Shown: piece after piece, positions 1-14,200 of the stretch | Numbering within the stretch: the first letter of the stretch is position 1 | Layout of the letters: every line of letters begins with the position of its first letter | Assembly (NCBI GenBank): GCA_030141605.1 | Contig: JAQGDQ010000005.1 | Coordinates: forward strand, 248,001 to 312,000 | Direction: 5' to 3' | Length of the DNA: 64,000 nt | From: Tubiluchus corallicola | Lineage: Eukaryota; Animalia; Priapulida | Notes under the pieces: model-generated | Database searches by the model: none | What the model was told of the DNA's origin: nothing | What the model saw: the letters and a program-made list of their open reading frames with translations, nothing else | Program-made: the position numbers and the translations under genes

Positions 1-2957
1 GTGGTAAGGGTTCTCCAAGATGTGTCAATGTTACATACTTTTGATAAACAATGATACATTGATACTTTTGTTAAACCAATGAATTGTTTTATTTCGGACA
101 GGCATGCGGATCCTGCTTCGTGCGTGCGTTAGGTATTTGGATAATGAATTTAATCTGCATCTCTGTCTCTTTTTGGTTCTTAAAGGTGTCTTTTATATTG
201 CCTTTTGTCATTTTTCACATAAATTTATGCATAAGCGTGTTACTAAAAAGGAAAAAGTTGATCTGAAAAAGTTAAACTACCACTAACGAAATTTCACTAA
301 TTATTAGAAAAACTGCTTTTGCCTGTGTTGTGCAATTGAACTACGTGCAACTAGCAGTAACTATACGTGTTCATTTTCACGAAAGCCGTTTGATATTCAA
401 CAAGTGTATCCTAGCAAGCGATTCGCCTCATTTGCACCAATTTGCTGGGTTTCCGGGGATTTCAATGCCGTGTAAACTTCGACTATAGTATTTATTATTT
501 TGATAGCACTCTATCATTGAATCATCACTCTGACAAATGCTAAATACACAAGTTGCACTATAATGATACCTTTTACTTGCTACCTGCATTTTTCAAACTA
601 GCTTTTCAACGCAAATAATAATTGTGGCAAATTTGTAGACGTGTTAACAGCTGATTCCATGCAAAATATTACATATACGAATGTAGCATTTCCGAAGTAC
701 GTTTTAACAAAATTAAAGCGTAATTTTTAGATAAAAATTTGCACTAAACAGTTTTCACAGCATAGTTTGTTAGACTTTTATAGTGGTCATTATAATAATG
801 CAGATTTACCAAAACAAAATAATTTTGACTCAAAATGACAAAGACAACAACAACATTATGTTAGCGAGTTGCCAGAATCGTTTTCTGATTCGAAGACCAA
901 TTCTTGGCGACGCAAACCCGCGAAATCTCTGCAAACCCGAGTAATTAATTGCGTTTCCCATACAACATGACTTTCAGCACGTCGCCCAGCAACTAAGCAG
1001 TATTCATTAATGTGATTTAGCTCCGTCTGTGTTTTGAATCAGGAAAAAGCTTGATTGAGCAGACCGCTTAAATTCGGCGCAAAGCGGTGTAGTGTTAATT
1101 TATGAGCTAACAGAGAACTCGACGAGCCTGCAACACCCCCGCATCTATAATATTCTTTGCAAACCATTGGCTTCTTGTGGATCGATTAGAATGTTACAAC
1201 TTCGTAGATGGCGCTTCAATCTACTACATCTCTGATAAGGCCCATGTTAAATGCCTGCGGCGTTCGCCAACATCAACACTAACTCCGGCCTCTCTGAGTT
1301 GCTTCATTAAACAAGGAACTAAAACAGCTTTCTGATAAAACTCTTGCAAGTGTTTCTACTCTTTAGAAAACACCTATTTTTGCAAAATTATAAGAAATAA
1401 AAGAAAAGAAAAATGATAAAATATTTCCGATACCTTGAAGCATTGTCACGATTTTCATCTTCTTTTGTCAGAAACACGGCAAAAATAAAAGAAAATTCAT
1501 TTAAAGCGACATGCTGCAACAATAAAATGTCAGATTTCTCTCTTATCGACGCAAGAACGTAACACTAGCTTAAGCATTGTCGCTTTTTAATTAAAAACCA
1601 GCGCTACATGGTTGTTGAATGATAGCTTGGGGGCGGATGGTCTTTAATCAATGTTTCCGATACTAAATTGTCTTATATTGTATGGAAACATACTCGTCAT
1701 TGTGTCCAACGAAATTGAGCAAGATGAAGAGTTGTGCAGGTATACGATGTACAAATGCGTTAAATACCAAACGTGCATCCAATGACGTCACCCAGAAATA
1801 TTACAGTAAACTCAAAGATTTCAAGTTCCTGTATTATTTATACAGCGCAGGCATTTCCGGGGAAGACCTAGGTCTGATAAAGGTGCAAAGCATTTATTTT
1901 CATACGTTATAGGTATTTTAAAGCTAAACAGGGGCTAAGAACTTAAACGTACTTCTTTAATTGAAGTTTCTTAGTATAACTGGACTTCAGCGAGTTTGTT
2001 TATTTCTTCAACACGCCAAGCAAGGAGAGTGGCATGGATTTTATAAAACATTTTGCAACATTTGAATGTGTTCGATAAAATTGCACGGGAGTATCAACAG
2101 AAAAATCTGAACGTACTTATTAGGCGGTGACGCGAACTTTGATCAGCAAATTGAATCTGGTTTATAGGGACGATATGATTATGTAGTTTCTCAGTTGATT
2201 CTTTGAACTTGTCAAAATGACCAGAGTAAATCGTTTCTCAAAGACTGAAGTCAAAATTGCCGTAGTTACCCTTGGAATTTTCGAATTACTAGCAGCAACA
2301 GTGAACATCCAAACACCGGGAGGTTTTTGTATAGGCATTTGTGTTTAAATTACATGTAGTACAAAAGGAGTGCAAATGAAATTGTTTAATTTAGAATTTA
2401 GAATTTTATTTTATTCCAAGCATTCAAGTGCTGAAAAGAACGTACAAAAGTGCAGGTGAACAAAAGTAAGTAATAAAAGAATATTATAAAAACACATTTG
2501 CATTACATGCGTCAAAAGCAAGAAATTATGTCTAACATCACTTTAATAACTTGTATGATATAATCACTTGCCAATCCATTTTACACTTTTTTGCTACATT
2601 CTAAACGATATCAAAACAAGCAATCAAATAAACTTGCTTAAATTATTAAAAGAACTGATACATAGCAGCAGCAGTGATTAATAACAAATTTACTGTTCAA
2701 ATAATTAACTACAACAAATAAAGTTAACAGTTCACAATTTTGCCGAGCAAGAAGCATTTATGGCTTATTAATGTCATCAGAAATAACCCACAGTAATATT
2801 AATAAAACATATTAGAAAATATCCACTTACGCGTACAGCAACAGATGACAATTTAACCGTTAGTGTATTAAAAAGAAAAAGGTCGGAAAATAAACAAACA
2901 TATAATATAGACACTTTATAATATCTGCATATATGTAATGTGTCTGTATTATGTGGT

Positions 2958-3217
2958 GTATATATATATATACCATACTTTATATATATATATATATATA
3001 TACTCCTAAAAATTTTGTAGTCTTTACTTTTCCATAATTTCACCATCAGTTTGCGCAGAAGACATCTGAATTGTACTATTGCCAGAAAAAATGATAAATT
3101 TGGTTTTCTAGTGTTCAGTGAACATTGTTTTCGGTAGCAATCATTTCATTGACGAAGTGAGTATTTTTGTAAAAAATGCTACTCAAAAGAACAAATGTGA
3201 TATATGACATAAATCAT

Positions 3218-3255
<38 letters not shown>

Positions 3256-3605
3256 TAAAAGAAAAAATATAGGACCTAGTATTGAATCTCGGGATACTCC
3301 ATAAACTATTGTTTTAAGAGACGAAGTGGCTGCAATCAATGTTAAATACTACGAATTGCTTCCGAACAGTTAAGTAATTTTCAAACAATTTTCAAACGAT
3401 TTTCAAACGATTATGCCCCGAATACCATAATGAGATAATTTACACAACAACATTTGATGAGTTAAAGTATTAAATGCCAGTATTATAGTAAGTATTGATA
3501 TTAAAGTATTAGTAAGATCAATAAATAGTCCAATGGAAAATTCTTTTTGGTCGACAGTTTCAGTGATAGAATTTACAAGATCTAGAAGGGCCATATGTAT
3601 GTATG

Positions 3606-3658
<53 letters not shown>

Positions 3659-3685
3659 GTATATATATACATATATATATATATA
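2958..3685. repeat. (AT)n microsatellite tracts at about 2958-3002, 3219-3256 and 3595-3685
   Basis: Directly visible TA dinucleotide runs. Confidence 0.95.
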
Positions 3686-3990
3686 TGTCTCTAAAACCTA
3701 ACTTCTTTTTGTAGAGCATTTTGTTTTTATTCAAAAAATTAAATAACTTATTGCCCATGAGCTTTTCTAATATATTAGAGAAACGAGGAGGATTGATATG
3801 GGTGACATAATTTTGTATGAGATTCTTGTCACTTATTCTATGAAATTCTGAGTTTATCTCGTACTATATCAGAAGAAAATGATAAATCGCAAAATTTAAT
3901 ATGTTTTAACGGTTTTTAAATTAAGTTAATACAACTTTTAACAATATTTTGTGCGATGTCTCATTCCCAGCACTTTTGTTGTTTTTAAAT
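3185..3990 (-). mobile_element. Degraded non-LTR retrotransposon (CR1/L2-like LINE) reverse-transcriptase fragment
   Basis: Minus-strand translation across frameshifts gives RT motifs in the expected order: PISIL..FSNILEKLMGNKLFNFLNKNKMLYKKKLGFR; MALLDLVNSITETVDQKEFSIGLFIDL..AFNTLTHQMLLCKLSHYGIRG; YGVSRDSILGPIFFLLYI..INDL (canonical GVPQGSILGPLLFLIYINDL). Confidence 0.85.
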
Positions 3991-5931
3991 TTCCGCACTA
4001 TGATAATAACTTCTTGCAGGCTAAATTCATTTTTAAGAATCTTTTTGAAATGCGGAATACTGTCATGCTAGCTTGGGCACTTTTTTCTACTAGGCCCGGA
4101 GGATGACAGCATAAATAAACCTATACCAGAATATCGACTGACGAGCTAATTTGTGCTGTTAAGCTTCCGTGTAATTAAAGGTTATATTTGGAATGCGACA
4201 AACAACCTCATTACGGTCAGCACCGGATATAATCGGGAAAATTCGGATGCCTCAAAAATCTCGTTTAAACCGCTACAATGTTCGGCATCTCAAACGTTTG
4301 TGCGTAGATCTTCTCGGAGGCAAATGACTTCAAGATTTACATTCTTTTGTGGAGTCAAGCTGGCACCTTTGCCAAAGCTATGCTAGTGTTTTGTTGCATG
4401 TTTTTTTTAATTCCAATAGCTTTCTAAGGTGTTCACAGACACGCGAACACACTCTCGAGCACACACGAACGAACTCGAAATGAGTATCCAAAATCAGTCT
4501 TAGTTTAGTTATTACCACCAAAATACAGATGCGGATTAAAAGCTCTTTTGTGTAGAACAAAAGAGTATTTTGGTTGTTCGCACTTAATTTGGCAACCGGC
4601 ATTTCCCTCATTTGCTGTTATGTTCCTCAGAGCTCAAAAGCAGTGGCACTGCGTTGTAAAATATAAATATCGGCACAGTTTAGGTTATAACAAAAGCATT
4701 TTGTTAAATGAAGTAGATATCAATAGAACGTTCTAATTTCACTAAGTGGCTATGCATAATTTAAGCACTCTACGTCAAGTAATATAAATATACTCTTGTA
4801 GTATTTGGCCGCCTAAAAATAAACTAGGCGCACCAAGAAAAGAACATATGCACTGCAAATATCTTAATCGCGCCACGGACACCTATTTTGGTTGCATCAC
4901 CCGTCGAGCCAATTACCTCGCCTATATTTACAGTACTATATATACACAAACTACTTATACAATATACAAGTTTTATTTAATACAGATGTGACTAATTTGT
5001 ATTGAGTGGTTTCGCATCAGTTCGATGGAGTCTCGCGATTTTGTGATGTTAGTCAGCGTATTTTCAAAGTGGCTTCCCTGCTGGGATAGGAAGCTTATTT
5101 ACCAGTGACGTCGCTAGGAAGAGGCTGCCGTATAGGGTGAAATTTGGCCTCGTGATAAGGCACGCAGCTACTGTCATATTTATTTTCGGTCTACAGGTTG
5201 TCCTGTAAGTAACCACACCTCCGTTGCCTAAAATCTTTTTGCACTCATCACTGAAATTTTACCGATGGCTATACGCCAAAGGATCCGCACTTTGCGCAGC
5301 CTTCTTTTCTCTTAAAACATTTTCTTTCTTCGTTAACTGTATACTTTAGATTTGTTATTGCATGCACGTGTTTACCGAATAATCAGTATCAGTTAATCGT
5401 GTATACACGATTCATATCTTATATATTATATGTATTATTATGCAATAAAATTTGAATATTATCACGTTGTTTCAAACTCAACTGGCAGGTGAGATGCGTG
5501 TATTAGGGATTTGCAAAAACCATTTCCTTCCAAATAAATACTGCATTTTTACCGAATATTTGTTTAATTTATATATTACAGGCAAAGCGTGAAGTCGGTT
5601 ATTATACAGAATGCCGTGGCATTTTATAGAGTGCCAAAATAAACCAGGTAAAGTGTCTAAAAAGTCACTTTAGACAAAGAGTGTAACTCTTAGATTTTAA
5701 GCTTACTTTTCCTAGGGTTTTTACAGAATGATGAATAAATTTTAGTGCATATGAAAATGAAACAAATGTTCTATTGTTCTAATATAATTTTCCTAAGCAT
5801 TTTATATAATGCCAATCTTATTTTAGGGAATGTATGAAACTGAACAAACTATGCAATGCGCTTGCAAGTTTGTGTGATTCGTTGACTTTCCTCGTACCCA
5901 CGAATTCTGTCGTTCCACTTTTGTAGTGGAC

Positions 5932-5981
5932 AGAGAGAAAGGGGGAAAGAAAGAGGGAGAGAGAAAGAGAGAGAGAGAGAG
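5932..5981. repeat. (GA)n purine microsatellite
   Basis: agagagaaagggggaaagaaagagggagagagaaagagagagagagaga. Confidence 0.9.
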
Positions 5982-7119
5982 AAGCAAGCCTCATGGTGTG
6001 CTGTGCATTTTGCATTTCGTAAAGTCTTTCATTCATATGGTGTAATCTTAATCTATTGCGAAAAATACGTTCTCTGTGCATCAAATTTCTATTATTAACT
6101 TCTTCTTCTTCCAGTACCAGTCATAGCATATAAACTATGCACAACAAGCAAAATTATATTTACGCTAACTTTAAGCCTTACATTTAAGATTTTGAATCGC
6201 GGTGCATAGCGCTAAGAACGTTCGTATGCACAAACTTAGGAAGAAAATTGTTCGTAAGAACTTTACTAAATCTGGCTGCACCCTTAATTCCTAGCTGTGG
6301 AAAGTGATCCAAATGACTGAGCAGCATGTAAAGGATAATGGTGTCGTACCTATTGCAAGAAAAAAAACAAAATTTTAACTTAGCTGCTTACTTGAACAGC
6401 TTGCTTAGTTTTCCACATTGACAAAGTCGTTGTACGCATTCATACAATACCTAGGTAATCCGTAGAATAGCTAGGAAAAGTTCGATTCAACACGAATTTT
6501 ATATAAATCGTTAGCTATTGTAAAAAATGGCGGCTAGGTAGTGTGAAAGAATAGCAGCAAAAAATTTAACTACATTGCTGCTTATAGTTTCATAAACGCC
6601 TTCTAGTAACGCCTCAATGTAGAACGAAATGCATGTAGCTCACAGACTGTAATGAAAGACTGTGTCAGTCGTCTTGGTCATCCCAAAAATCCAAAAGTCA
6701 TCTTTCGCTGATCCAACAAGTGTATAAGTATTGTCAAGCCATAATAGCCAGCAGTCAGTCATAATGAGGCCATTAAGCAAATTGGATTTTCAAACAACTT
6801 CTAAAGCGGTTACCGCGTAATGTTATTAACAATGATGACGTAATTCGACAGACCAGTATATACCGGTTTATTGTGGTCTGGGATAATAAGTTGATATACT
6901 TATACATCTGAAATGTACGACAACATCGTGTAATGTGCGCATTAACTATAAGACTTCTGAGTAAATACTAAATACGCCTTTTCCAGTACAAATGTGAACA
7001 GTAAATATCATTGTCATCCTTATTAATCTGTAGGCACGCAGTAGGCCTAGCAGTCATATAAAATACATTACGTATAACGCAAATATATGTGCAGTTAATG
7101 GAAAATTGCACAATTAAGA

Positions 7120-7773
7120 AAACAAGTTCGACTCGAACTATTGGTCGAGGGACTCACTGAACTCAAAGTCGTGGATTTGAAATGATGTCAATACCGCCAT
7201 TTTGAATTTAAGCGGGCGACTTTTTGGTCGATACAGAATTCGTTATATGTAGAACATTCCTATGGAACATTGGGTTTCATGACGATCTGTTACGAATAGG
7301 TACAGCGGCAGCCTTAGGCCTTTCTGGAAAATGAAATTATTATGCCATCACAATTCAAGCGTCCACCTCCGTCAATCGATCCGAGATTTGTTTTAGTAAT
7401 TTTCTCAAAAGTTTCTTAACAATCCATTACGAATTAGCGTAGTCTTTGGCTTTTTATCTCTAATTTTATCTTTAACACAATGGTGCTATCTCTGCCATGT
7501 TGAATTCAACATAGTGGATCGCAAATCCGACTCCGTCAGTCGATGCAGAGCTCATCCTAGTATATTCCTGTACAGTTTCGTGACAATCCATTGCGATTTG
7601 GCGGAACCTTAGGCTTTTTCCGAAAATACTGTTATCGCCCGTCATCTTGAATTCAAAATAGGTGACTGAAAATCCGGCTCAGTCATTCGATGCGGAATTC
7701 GTTCTAGTATATCTGAAAAATGTTTCGTGACAATCCGTCACGAACCCTCGACTTTTTTTTCAAAAGACCATTC

Positions 7774-7808
<35 letters not shown>

Positions 7809-7880
7809 AACGACAACGCCAACTACAACAACAACAAAACAAAACAAAAACAACAACGTCTAGCTGAGTAGTGACAAAAA
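7120..7880 (+). mobile_element. Helentron-associated (HINE / DINE-1 / pearl-like) non-autonomous element with a ~148-bp tandem core array and (CAA)n tract
   Basis: Degenerate units start at 7196, 7344, 7494 and 7641 (gccat.ttgaatt ... gtcgat.cag ... gtttc.tgacaatcc), spaced 148/150/147 bp. They are followed directly by (CAA)n at about 7774-7856. Core repeats plus a microsatellite is the known architecture of these invertebrate elements. Confidence 0.6.
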
Positions 7881-8671
7881 AGAAACGACGTTTCAAACCA
7901 TCACTGTGGTACAAAACTTTTTTGTGCATCTAAATACAAACAACTTTTTCAGAGTTGGTACAAAGTCATCAAAACCAAAACCTATCGAGAACAAACATTT
8001 TCAGTAACTTTTATTTTAAAAAATACATATTTACATAAAGGGCCTCTAGTTGAAGGCAAAGTTTTAACCTATTTATAAATAAACATAAACCGACACACTA
8101 ATGATACAATAATGACTAAATGCCGCTCAGGCACTGAAACGATTCTACCAAAAGTGCCAAAATTATTATAAACTGAAATATACATCTGTGGCTGTTAAAA
8201 TTTCTAGTCACGAGCAGCGTAAGAACATCAGAACTTTCGAGAATAGAGAGTGTTGTCACAGATGGCTACTTAAGTGAATGGTTGTCACCCGCAGTGATAA
8301 ATTCAATCACAAGAAAAATGATTTATGCAGCGTTGTATATTTTTATGAAATTTTTACAGTTGAGGCAATACACCAACGCTAGTTTAGAAATTTTGGGATT
8401 CAAAGAATTTTTTGCAAGCTTTACTTATTTGCACTGCATCATGTGCTGATATGAATATGAGTAAAAATTACGCAACTTACGTTGACTGAAGGCTGAAGAA
8501 ACTTGCTGATGTGGTTTCTCTGAATACATCTTTTTGCCATGTCGCATGTCTTCTAAACTTAAAAGCGTTCACTCAAAAGATGAAAAAACACAGAGAAAAG
8601 AAAAAATCAAAATGAAATAATTGTTAAAATCATCAAAGTCACGATTTTGAGCCTGGAATTTTCGTGGGTAA

Positions 8672-9180
8672 ATAATTAACTATTATAATCATAATATCAA
8701 GATTATTGTTAATGATATCACATACCTACAATTAATTAAATTGACAAACCCACACTTAAAATACTGTCAAACTGCTGCCTCCAATGGAAAATCACAATAA
8801 ATACAGACAGAATTAAAGAATAAAAGCCTCACGTCTTCTAATGTACTAACAGCTGAACTAATAAACTATAATTTACCATGAAAATTACAATATTAATTAT
8901 AATTCCTGTATCATTTTACGGCAACGCAATCTGAGAACCATGTACTGAATTTGCTATTAGAGATGAAGTTTCGACTGCCTTAACCACTGGGAGACGCAAT
9001 GGCCTAGTTGTATAAGGCGTCTGCAATGCAAGCAGAAGGTCCATAGTTCAAAGCCAAGCAGCTGCAGTAACACGGCTTTACATTTTTTGTCTTTCAAGTT
9101 TGCTATCAAAATTTAACTAGTTGTGAGTTTCTAACATCATAATAATAATCTTGATATTAAGATTATAAAAATTAATCATC
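8672..9180. mobile_element. tRNA-derived (SINE-like) repeat, copy 1, with an inverted partial arm
   Basis: A-box TGGCCTAGTTG (9000-9010), anticodon-like stem-loop TCTGC-AATGCAA-GCAGA (9020-9036), B-box GTTCAAAGC (9046-9054). Segment 8672-8752 is an inverted copy of about 9098-9180. Homologous to 17165-17581. Confidence 0.65.
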
Positions 9181-9612
9181 AAAGTCATTACAATAACTTT
9201 TATTAATGATCAGTATCAGTAACATAATTATAGCCTCTATAGGGCTTACATCAATAAAAGTAATATATAATATATGCATTTATGTAATAATGTTTGCTAA
9301 GGCACCTTAGGCATCTGTGTCAGTCAGGAGAAATTCCACATCATAGCCATAAGAGAGGATGTAAAGGAACATAATTTTCTTTAATTTTTTCATTTATCTG
9401 TTATTATATAATTATGTTTAGTAGCCAAAAACACGCAAAAACTTCGAACGCATAATCAGAATTTAACTGAAATCGCAAAAACATATATCTTATAGTGCAT
9501 TGAGCGGGCAAAAGGTTGAAAAAATTCTGCGTTTGGCGAACTTTGGTGGCAAAATGCTGCGGACTAAAACGTCCAATATCAAACGCCAAACGCACTATAC
9601 CCACATTACTAG

Positions 9613-9628
9613 CTAGTAGTAGTACTAA

Positions 9629-9671
<43 letters not shown>

Positions 9672-9745
9672 TGCAGTAGTGCTGGCGGCAGTGCGTGGCA
9701 GCAGCAGAAGCTGCAGGAGTAGTAGTCATAAATCTTAGCAGCAGC
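9613..9745. repeat. (TAG)n microsatellite grading into (GCA)n
   Basis: Direct triplet runs. They explain the poly-Ser and poly-Leu ORFs in the track. Confidence 0.9.
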
Positions 9746-10399
9746 AAGTTTCGAAAACAAAATCTTTTGTCTTTCTTGTGCACATTGCATTGGACATGTC
9801 TACACCATCATTCAATCACGAATGCAGGTTGCGCGCATACAGACATCCCCGTCCCCTCTCCCACCCACACACACGCACCCGCGCATACACGCATAAGCGC
9901 ACACCAAGGCCATTTTGCTCATCACCGAGACACGTAGGTCTAAACTCATTTCCTAAATGGTTTTATGGGCATGGTTCATCGCCGCGCTACAAAACTTGTA
10001 ATTATTTGTCATTTCCCCGGCTCCCACTTTCCATTAGTTTGCATGCGATGCTTTAAAACTACCAGTATAATAACCTTAATGGGTATGAATGCAATGACGA
10101 CGAGGACATCATTGTAGAAATTTATATATTCGAAAAATTTCTCTTTTTGTAACAAAATAAAGCCATTAATTTCCGTTGTCGTTACCTCCACTGAAAATTC
10201 CATTTTGATCTTAATGTCTTGTGCTGACAGAATTCAGAGAGGACTATAATATAGCGGAATGCTAAAATAATGCACAACTATGCTGCAGTAGTGTATGCAA
10301 TTAGTGTGAAAACTTTCGGCTAAAAATCAGTACTAAACAAAACAAAACCTAAGATATATCAACAGCAGCATGGAACAAAGAAATTCACATACAAAGAAA

Positions 10400-11220
10400 T
10401 CTTATATTAGGCACACGAGACATTTTATATAAAGATGGCAGCAAAGTCCTTGGTACTTTTTAGACCTAAAAGATCTAAAATTTTATGAGCGGCAAGAGAG
10501 AATTGCATGGCATCGGTGGATGGCTGTTAAACAGTGTTGCTGCAAATACAATGACACAGGGTTCCCCACCATATTGAACTCATTTAAAACTACTACGTGA
10601 CTTATAATACTGTACGGCAGTGCTGATTGGATGACCATTAATAATGCCGACAAGGTTAATGACCTTATACATGATATATATAAAATAAAATCTTCATCCA
10701 TCTAGAGAAAAGTTAAAATTGATATGCGGATTACCTCCACCGGACATTTTAGCAGAGAGGATATCCATTAAGTTTATACAAAATATTAAACGAAGCCAAT
10801 TCAGACATTGTGAAACAGAAAGTATTCTAACGGGACAATTTTTCAGGGGTTGAAAACAGACGATTGCCATTATCAACATGAATTATATATGCTTACTGTA
10901 AAAACCAAACAGCATTTAAGCCGGAATGCACGTCTAAGAACTACGTCTCTTGCTGATAGCTACCATCGTATTCTAAAATACTCGAAAATAAACAAGAGCT
11001 CCTACATTTCCCAGAGGTGGTACAATCGTTTGCAAAATGGGCAACAACAGTTAAGGCGGCAACAAATGACTCATTGAACCATGTGATATCTCGAGGCACC
11101 ACTTGATCTTCAAAACATTTAATAAACAAATGTAAAAAATACAACATTAAGAGATTGCTAAGATTGGAGAAAAATTTAAAAAGAAAATTAAAAATCAAAG
11201 TGTATAATGACTTCTGAGAC
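10400..11220 (+). mobile_element. Highly degraded LINE ORF2 C-terminal (post-RT) remnant
   Basis: Plus-strand fragments DILYKDGSKVLGTF, FKTTT*LIILYGSADW and LICGLPPPDILAERISIKFIQNIKR resemble the K.LG..LD / L.YG..W / L.G.PP sequence of non-LTR ORF2. Many stops. Confidence 0.45.
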
Positions 11221-14200
11221 GCTTTATATATAGTAGGACTACGCAGATAAAACACCGCTCTGTCACAAAATAAGAAGCCACCTTGTTATTTAACAGAAAA
11301 GAACGCAATTTTAATTAGCAGCCGAAATCACGCAGGCAATGCAGCTATTTTCAATTATTAACAAAAATTAACAATTCTTTGAAAGATTGAAAGTAAATTT
11401 TTATATAGCTCATATAATTGAAATAAAGGAAACCGCTTTCTTGTAATTAAATTTCCGGGCATCTTGCGAGTCCGGTTTCAACCTAGCCTTACTGCTGCAC
11501 CACTCGTGTCACCTCATTTTAGCCGAAAGCCACACGAAGCAATTTAAATACGAATCCAATGAAATGATGGTTCTCTACTTTATTTATCTGTACTTATAAG
11601 TCTATTGTAGCGTGGTTTTTTCCCTAAATTTCTCTGCTTTTTAGCTTACTCGAGTAGTGTTTCTTCTGTTGTGTTTTAACTTTTTTGTCAGTTATCTTCT
11701 GTCTGACTGTTCTGCTTCCAGCGCACGTGTCTGTTTTTTTTTCAAATCATTCCATTGGTAGACTTTTTTCCATTTGCCTTACGCCCCGCAGTCCCCTTCC
11801 TAATTGTCTGTTAGTCACTTTTTTCTCTAAACGTATTCTTTAGTTGTCGGTTTACTGATTGATTTAAATTTTTCATTCGATAGTCCTTTCCGTCTCGCAT
11901 GGGTTTCTTGCTTTTTCTCTACGATTCTGTTATCTTGATGCTACGTGAAAACGCAATTTGTGTTGAATGCTTTTAGATATACTTTGGAAAATTCTGAAAC
12001 TTTTTTCTTAATGGTTCGTTTTCCGTCTTTCTTGTTTGCCTTTCTCAAATAGTGCACTTTTGTACGTGGTAAGTTGTTGAATGTTGGTTGGAGAATTGTA
12101 AATCAACCACAATAATTAAACCAGAAAACTAATTATAGGTTTATACTACTGGTCCCCGACTTATAGATTATCGTATTTATAAATCCCACGATTCATAGAC
12201 TACATAAAAGCGTCAAGAGTTAATCCCTCCTTAATCCATTAATATTAATATCTAAATACAAGCATAAAGGGCATATGTCAAAGAATCAATCGGCCAGCGA
12301 TTAACAGGATAGTACAACGTCAACAATAATAATGTTGATCAAGTTACTGTTCGATTGCATTTCGAAACAGTTAATTAAAAAAACATACGCCTACTCCTCC
12401 TCCACATTAATTTAACAGCTTGGTTCTTGTTGGCATTGAATTTTGGTGGATAGTAACACCGAGAATGGCTCAAATAACCTAGTTATACTTTAAAGGTATT
12501 AGTCACATTCCGCAATGAAGAAAAAAGAAAACACAACCATACGCTTTGAGCTTACATATTTTCTGTTTCACAGAACAATACTTTTCGTTAAGCCTATCCG
12601 ATGATAACTCAGTTTACTTTTCTACCTTTTCAGTAACTCGCCACAAACGCTTGCATAGACTTTGCCAAACATGACTCGAAACTTTTCAGTTAGAAAGTGC
12701 GATTTTAACTCGGCGCTGTTGTGACATTTTGTGCTTTTCGCTAAGTGTGTTGTTAGAGTGCTCTCCTTTTTAGTTGTTACATGATTTTTTTATTAACTGC
12801 ATCTATTCTTGTCAATCAGAATTATTTCTTTATTACACGCCAGTGTAAGTTTATAACTAGTTTTCCAAGTATATTTCATAAAATGAATAAAATATTAATA
12901 TCATTAGCAGTTAATTTCCGCCGTTGGCATTAGTCTTGTATGTATCCCATGCGTTGGTCTCAGTAAACGGTTTCCATAGTTTAATTACGATTAGGGATAA
13001 CTGCTTTACTACTCTGTGTCATGTCCTTTGGACGTGATAGGGCACACCCTAAACACCATGTTTTACGCATCCAGCAACCCAATCACAGATCCGTGCATCT
13101 TATACAACATCCCAATGCTCATGTCTCCTTATTATGTGTGTTATAAAAATTCATATGCCATTGCGCGAGCTTCATGACTTATGTACAGCGGCCTAGCTAG
13201 GCATGTCTCGCATTAGTCTTTGCGTGTCACATGTCACACGTGCTGTAGTATGCACGTATCTAAATAACATCTTATGTGCCTTTTCATGACGTGCCGTAAC
13301 CTACGTCTGGTTTTACGTTTATTATTAGTGTAGTCTCATACTTACCAAGGTCTCAAGTGAAAGGCCTACAAATCACAAACCGCTTGCAAATACCACACTC
13401 CACTGACTTCAGTTTTTTGGTTATGATGGTGACAACCTGGCAACTAGGAATTATTCTAAAATGTGTCCAGAATAGATATTTTTCTCTGGTTCCCCATTTC
13501 TTAAGCGTATGTGTTGTCCGCACGGGTACTATTATGGACCAATAGGAACTTGTATGTAGGCTCCCTGTGTTCCCTGTCATTCGCTCCATGTGTTCCAAGG
13601 CCATTAATCATACCACCAAATAAAAATCCACATATAAGTTCCTGTTCATTCTTAATAATCAAATGAAAACATGCGTGTAAGTACCTATTCGTGCCAAATA
13701 GTAAGCAAGTGTCTATCTGTGAACGTTTTGGCGTTAAAAGCCTCCAAAGTGCAAGACTATTCTTAACATTTTAGTGTCCCTGGACAGCCGGCCAAAATTC
13801 AAAATTTTATAAAAATGCCCAAAACGCTGTTAGAATGACCTACAGAATCATTCCTGAAAATTTGGCAGCTGTATCCGGTCAGTATTCTTTTTCGGCTAAC
13901 AGCCGGACTAACAATGAAACTTTCATCAAATTTTTCTTATTTTCCTTTCATAAAATTCTGACGAAATTTTGTTCATCATAAGTGAACAATACATCAAGAA
14001 TATAACGCGCTCGACCTGGGTTACTAAGAGTTTACGTTTATTTATTAATCAACACCAACCTGATACTCTTCGCAAGTTTTAAGGAAACAACATTACACTT
14101 GGCTCTGAGGTCTACAATTGAAGTCTGAACCCACAGCCCCAGAAATACAAACTTACGATCGCAAGAAATGAAATATTACAAAGCACGAGCGGGACAACAT

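Noticed and set aside
4990-5260. Possible SINE-like GC-richer segment (also about 25190-25620 and 12930-13620)
   Set aside because: No clear A/B boxes, termini or second copy within the window.
8990-9065. Functional tRNA gene
   Set aside because: The anticodon arm and A/B boxes are present, but there is no convincing acceptor stem. The flanks are shared with a second copy that has a different loop, so it is a repeat.
11450-12060. Pyrimidine-rich strand that may be a decayed minus-strand retroelement ORF
   Set aside because: No recognisable protein motif could be read.
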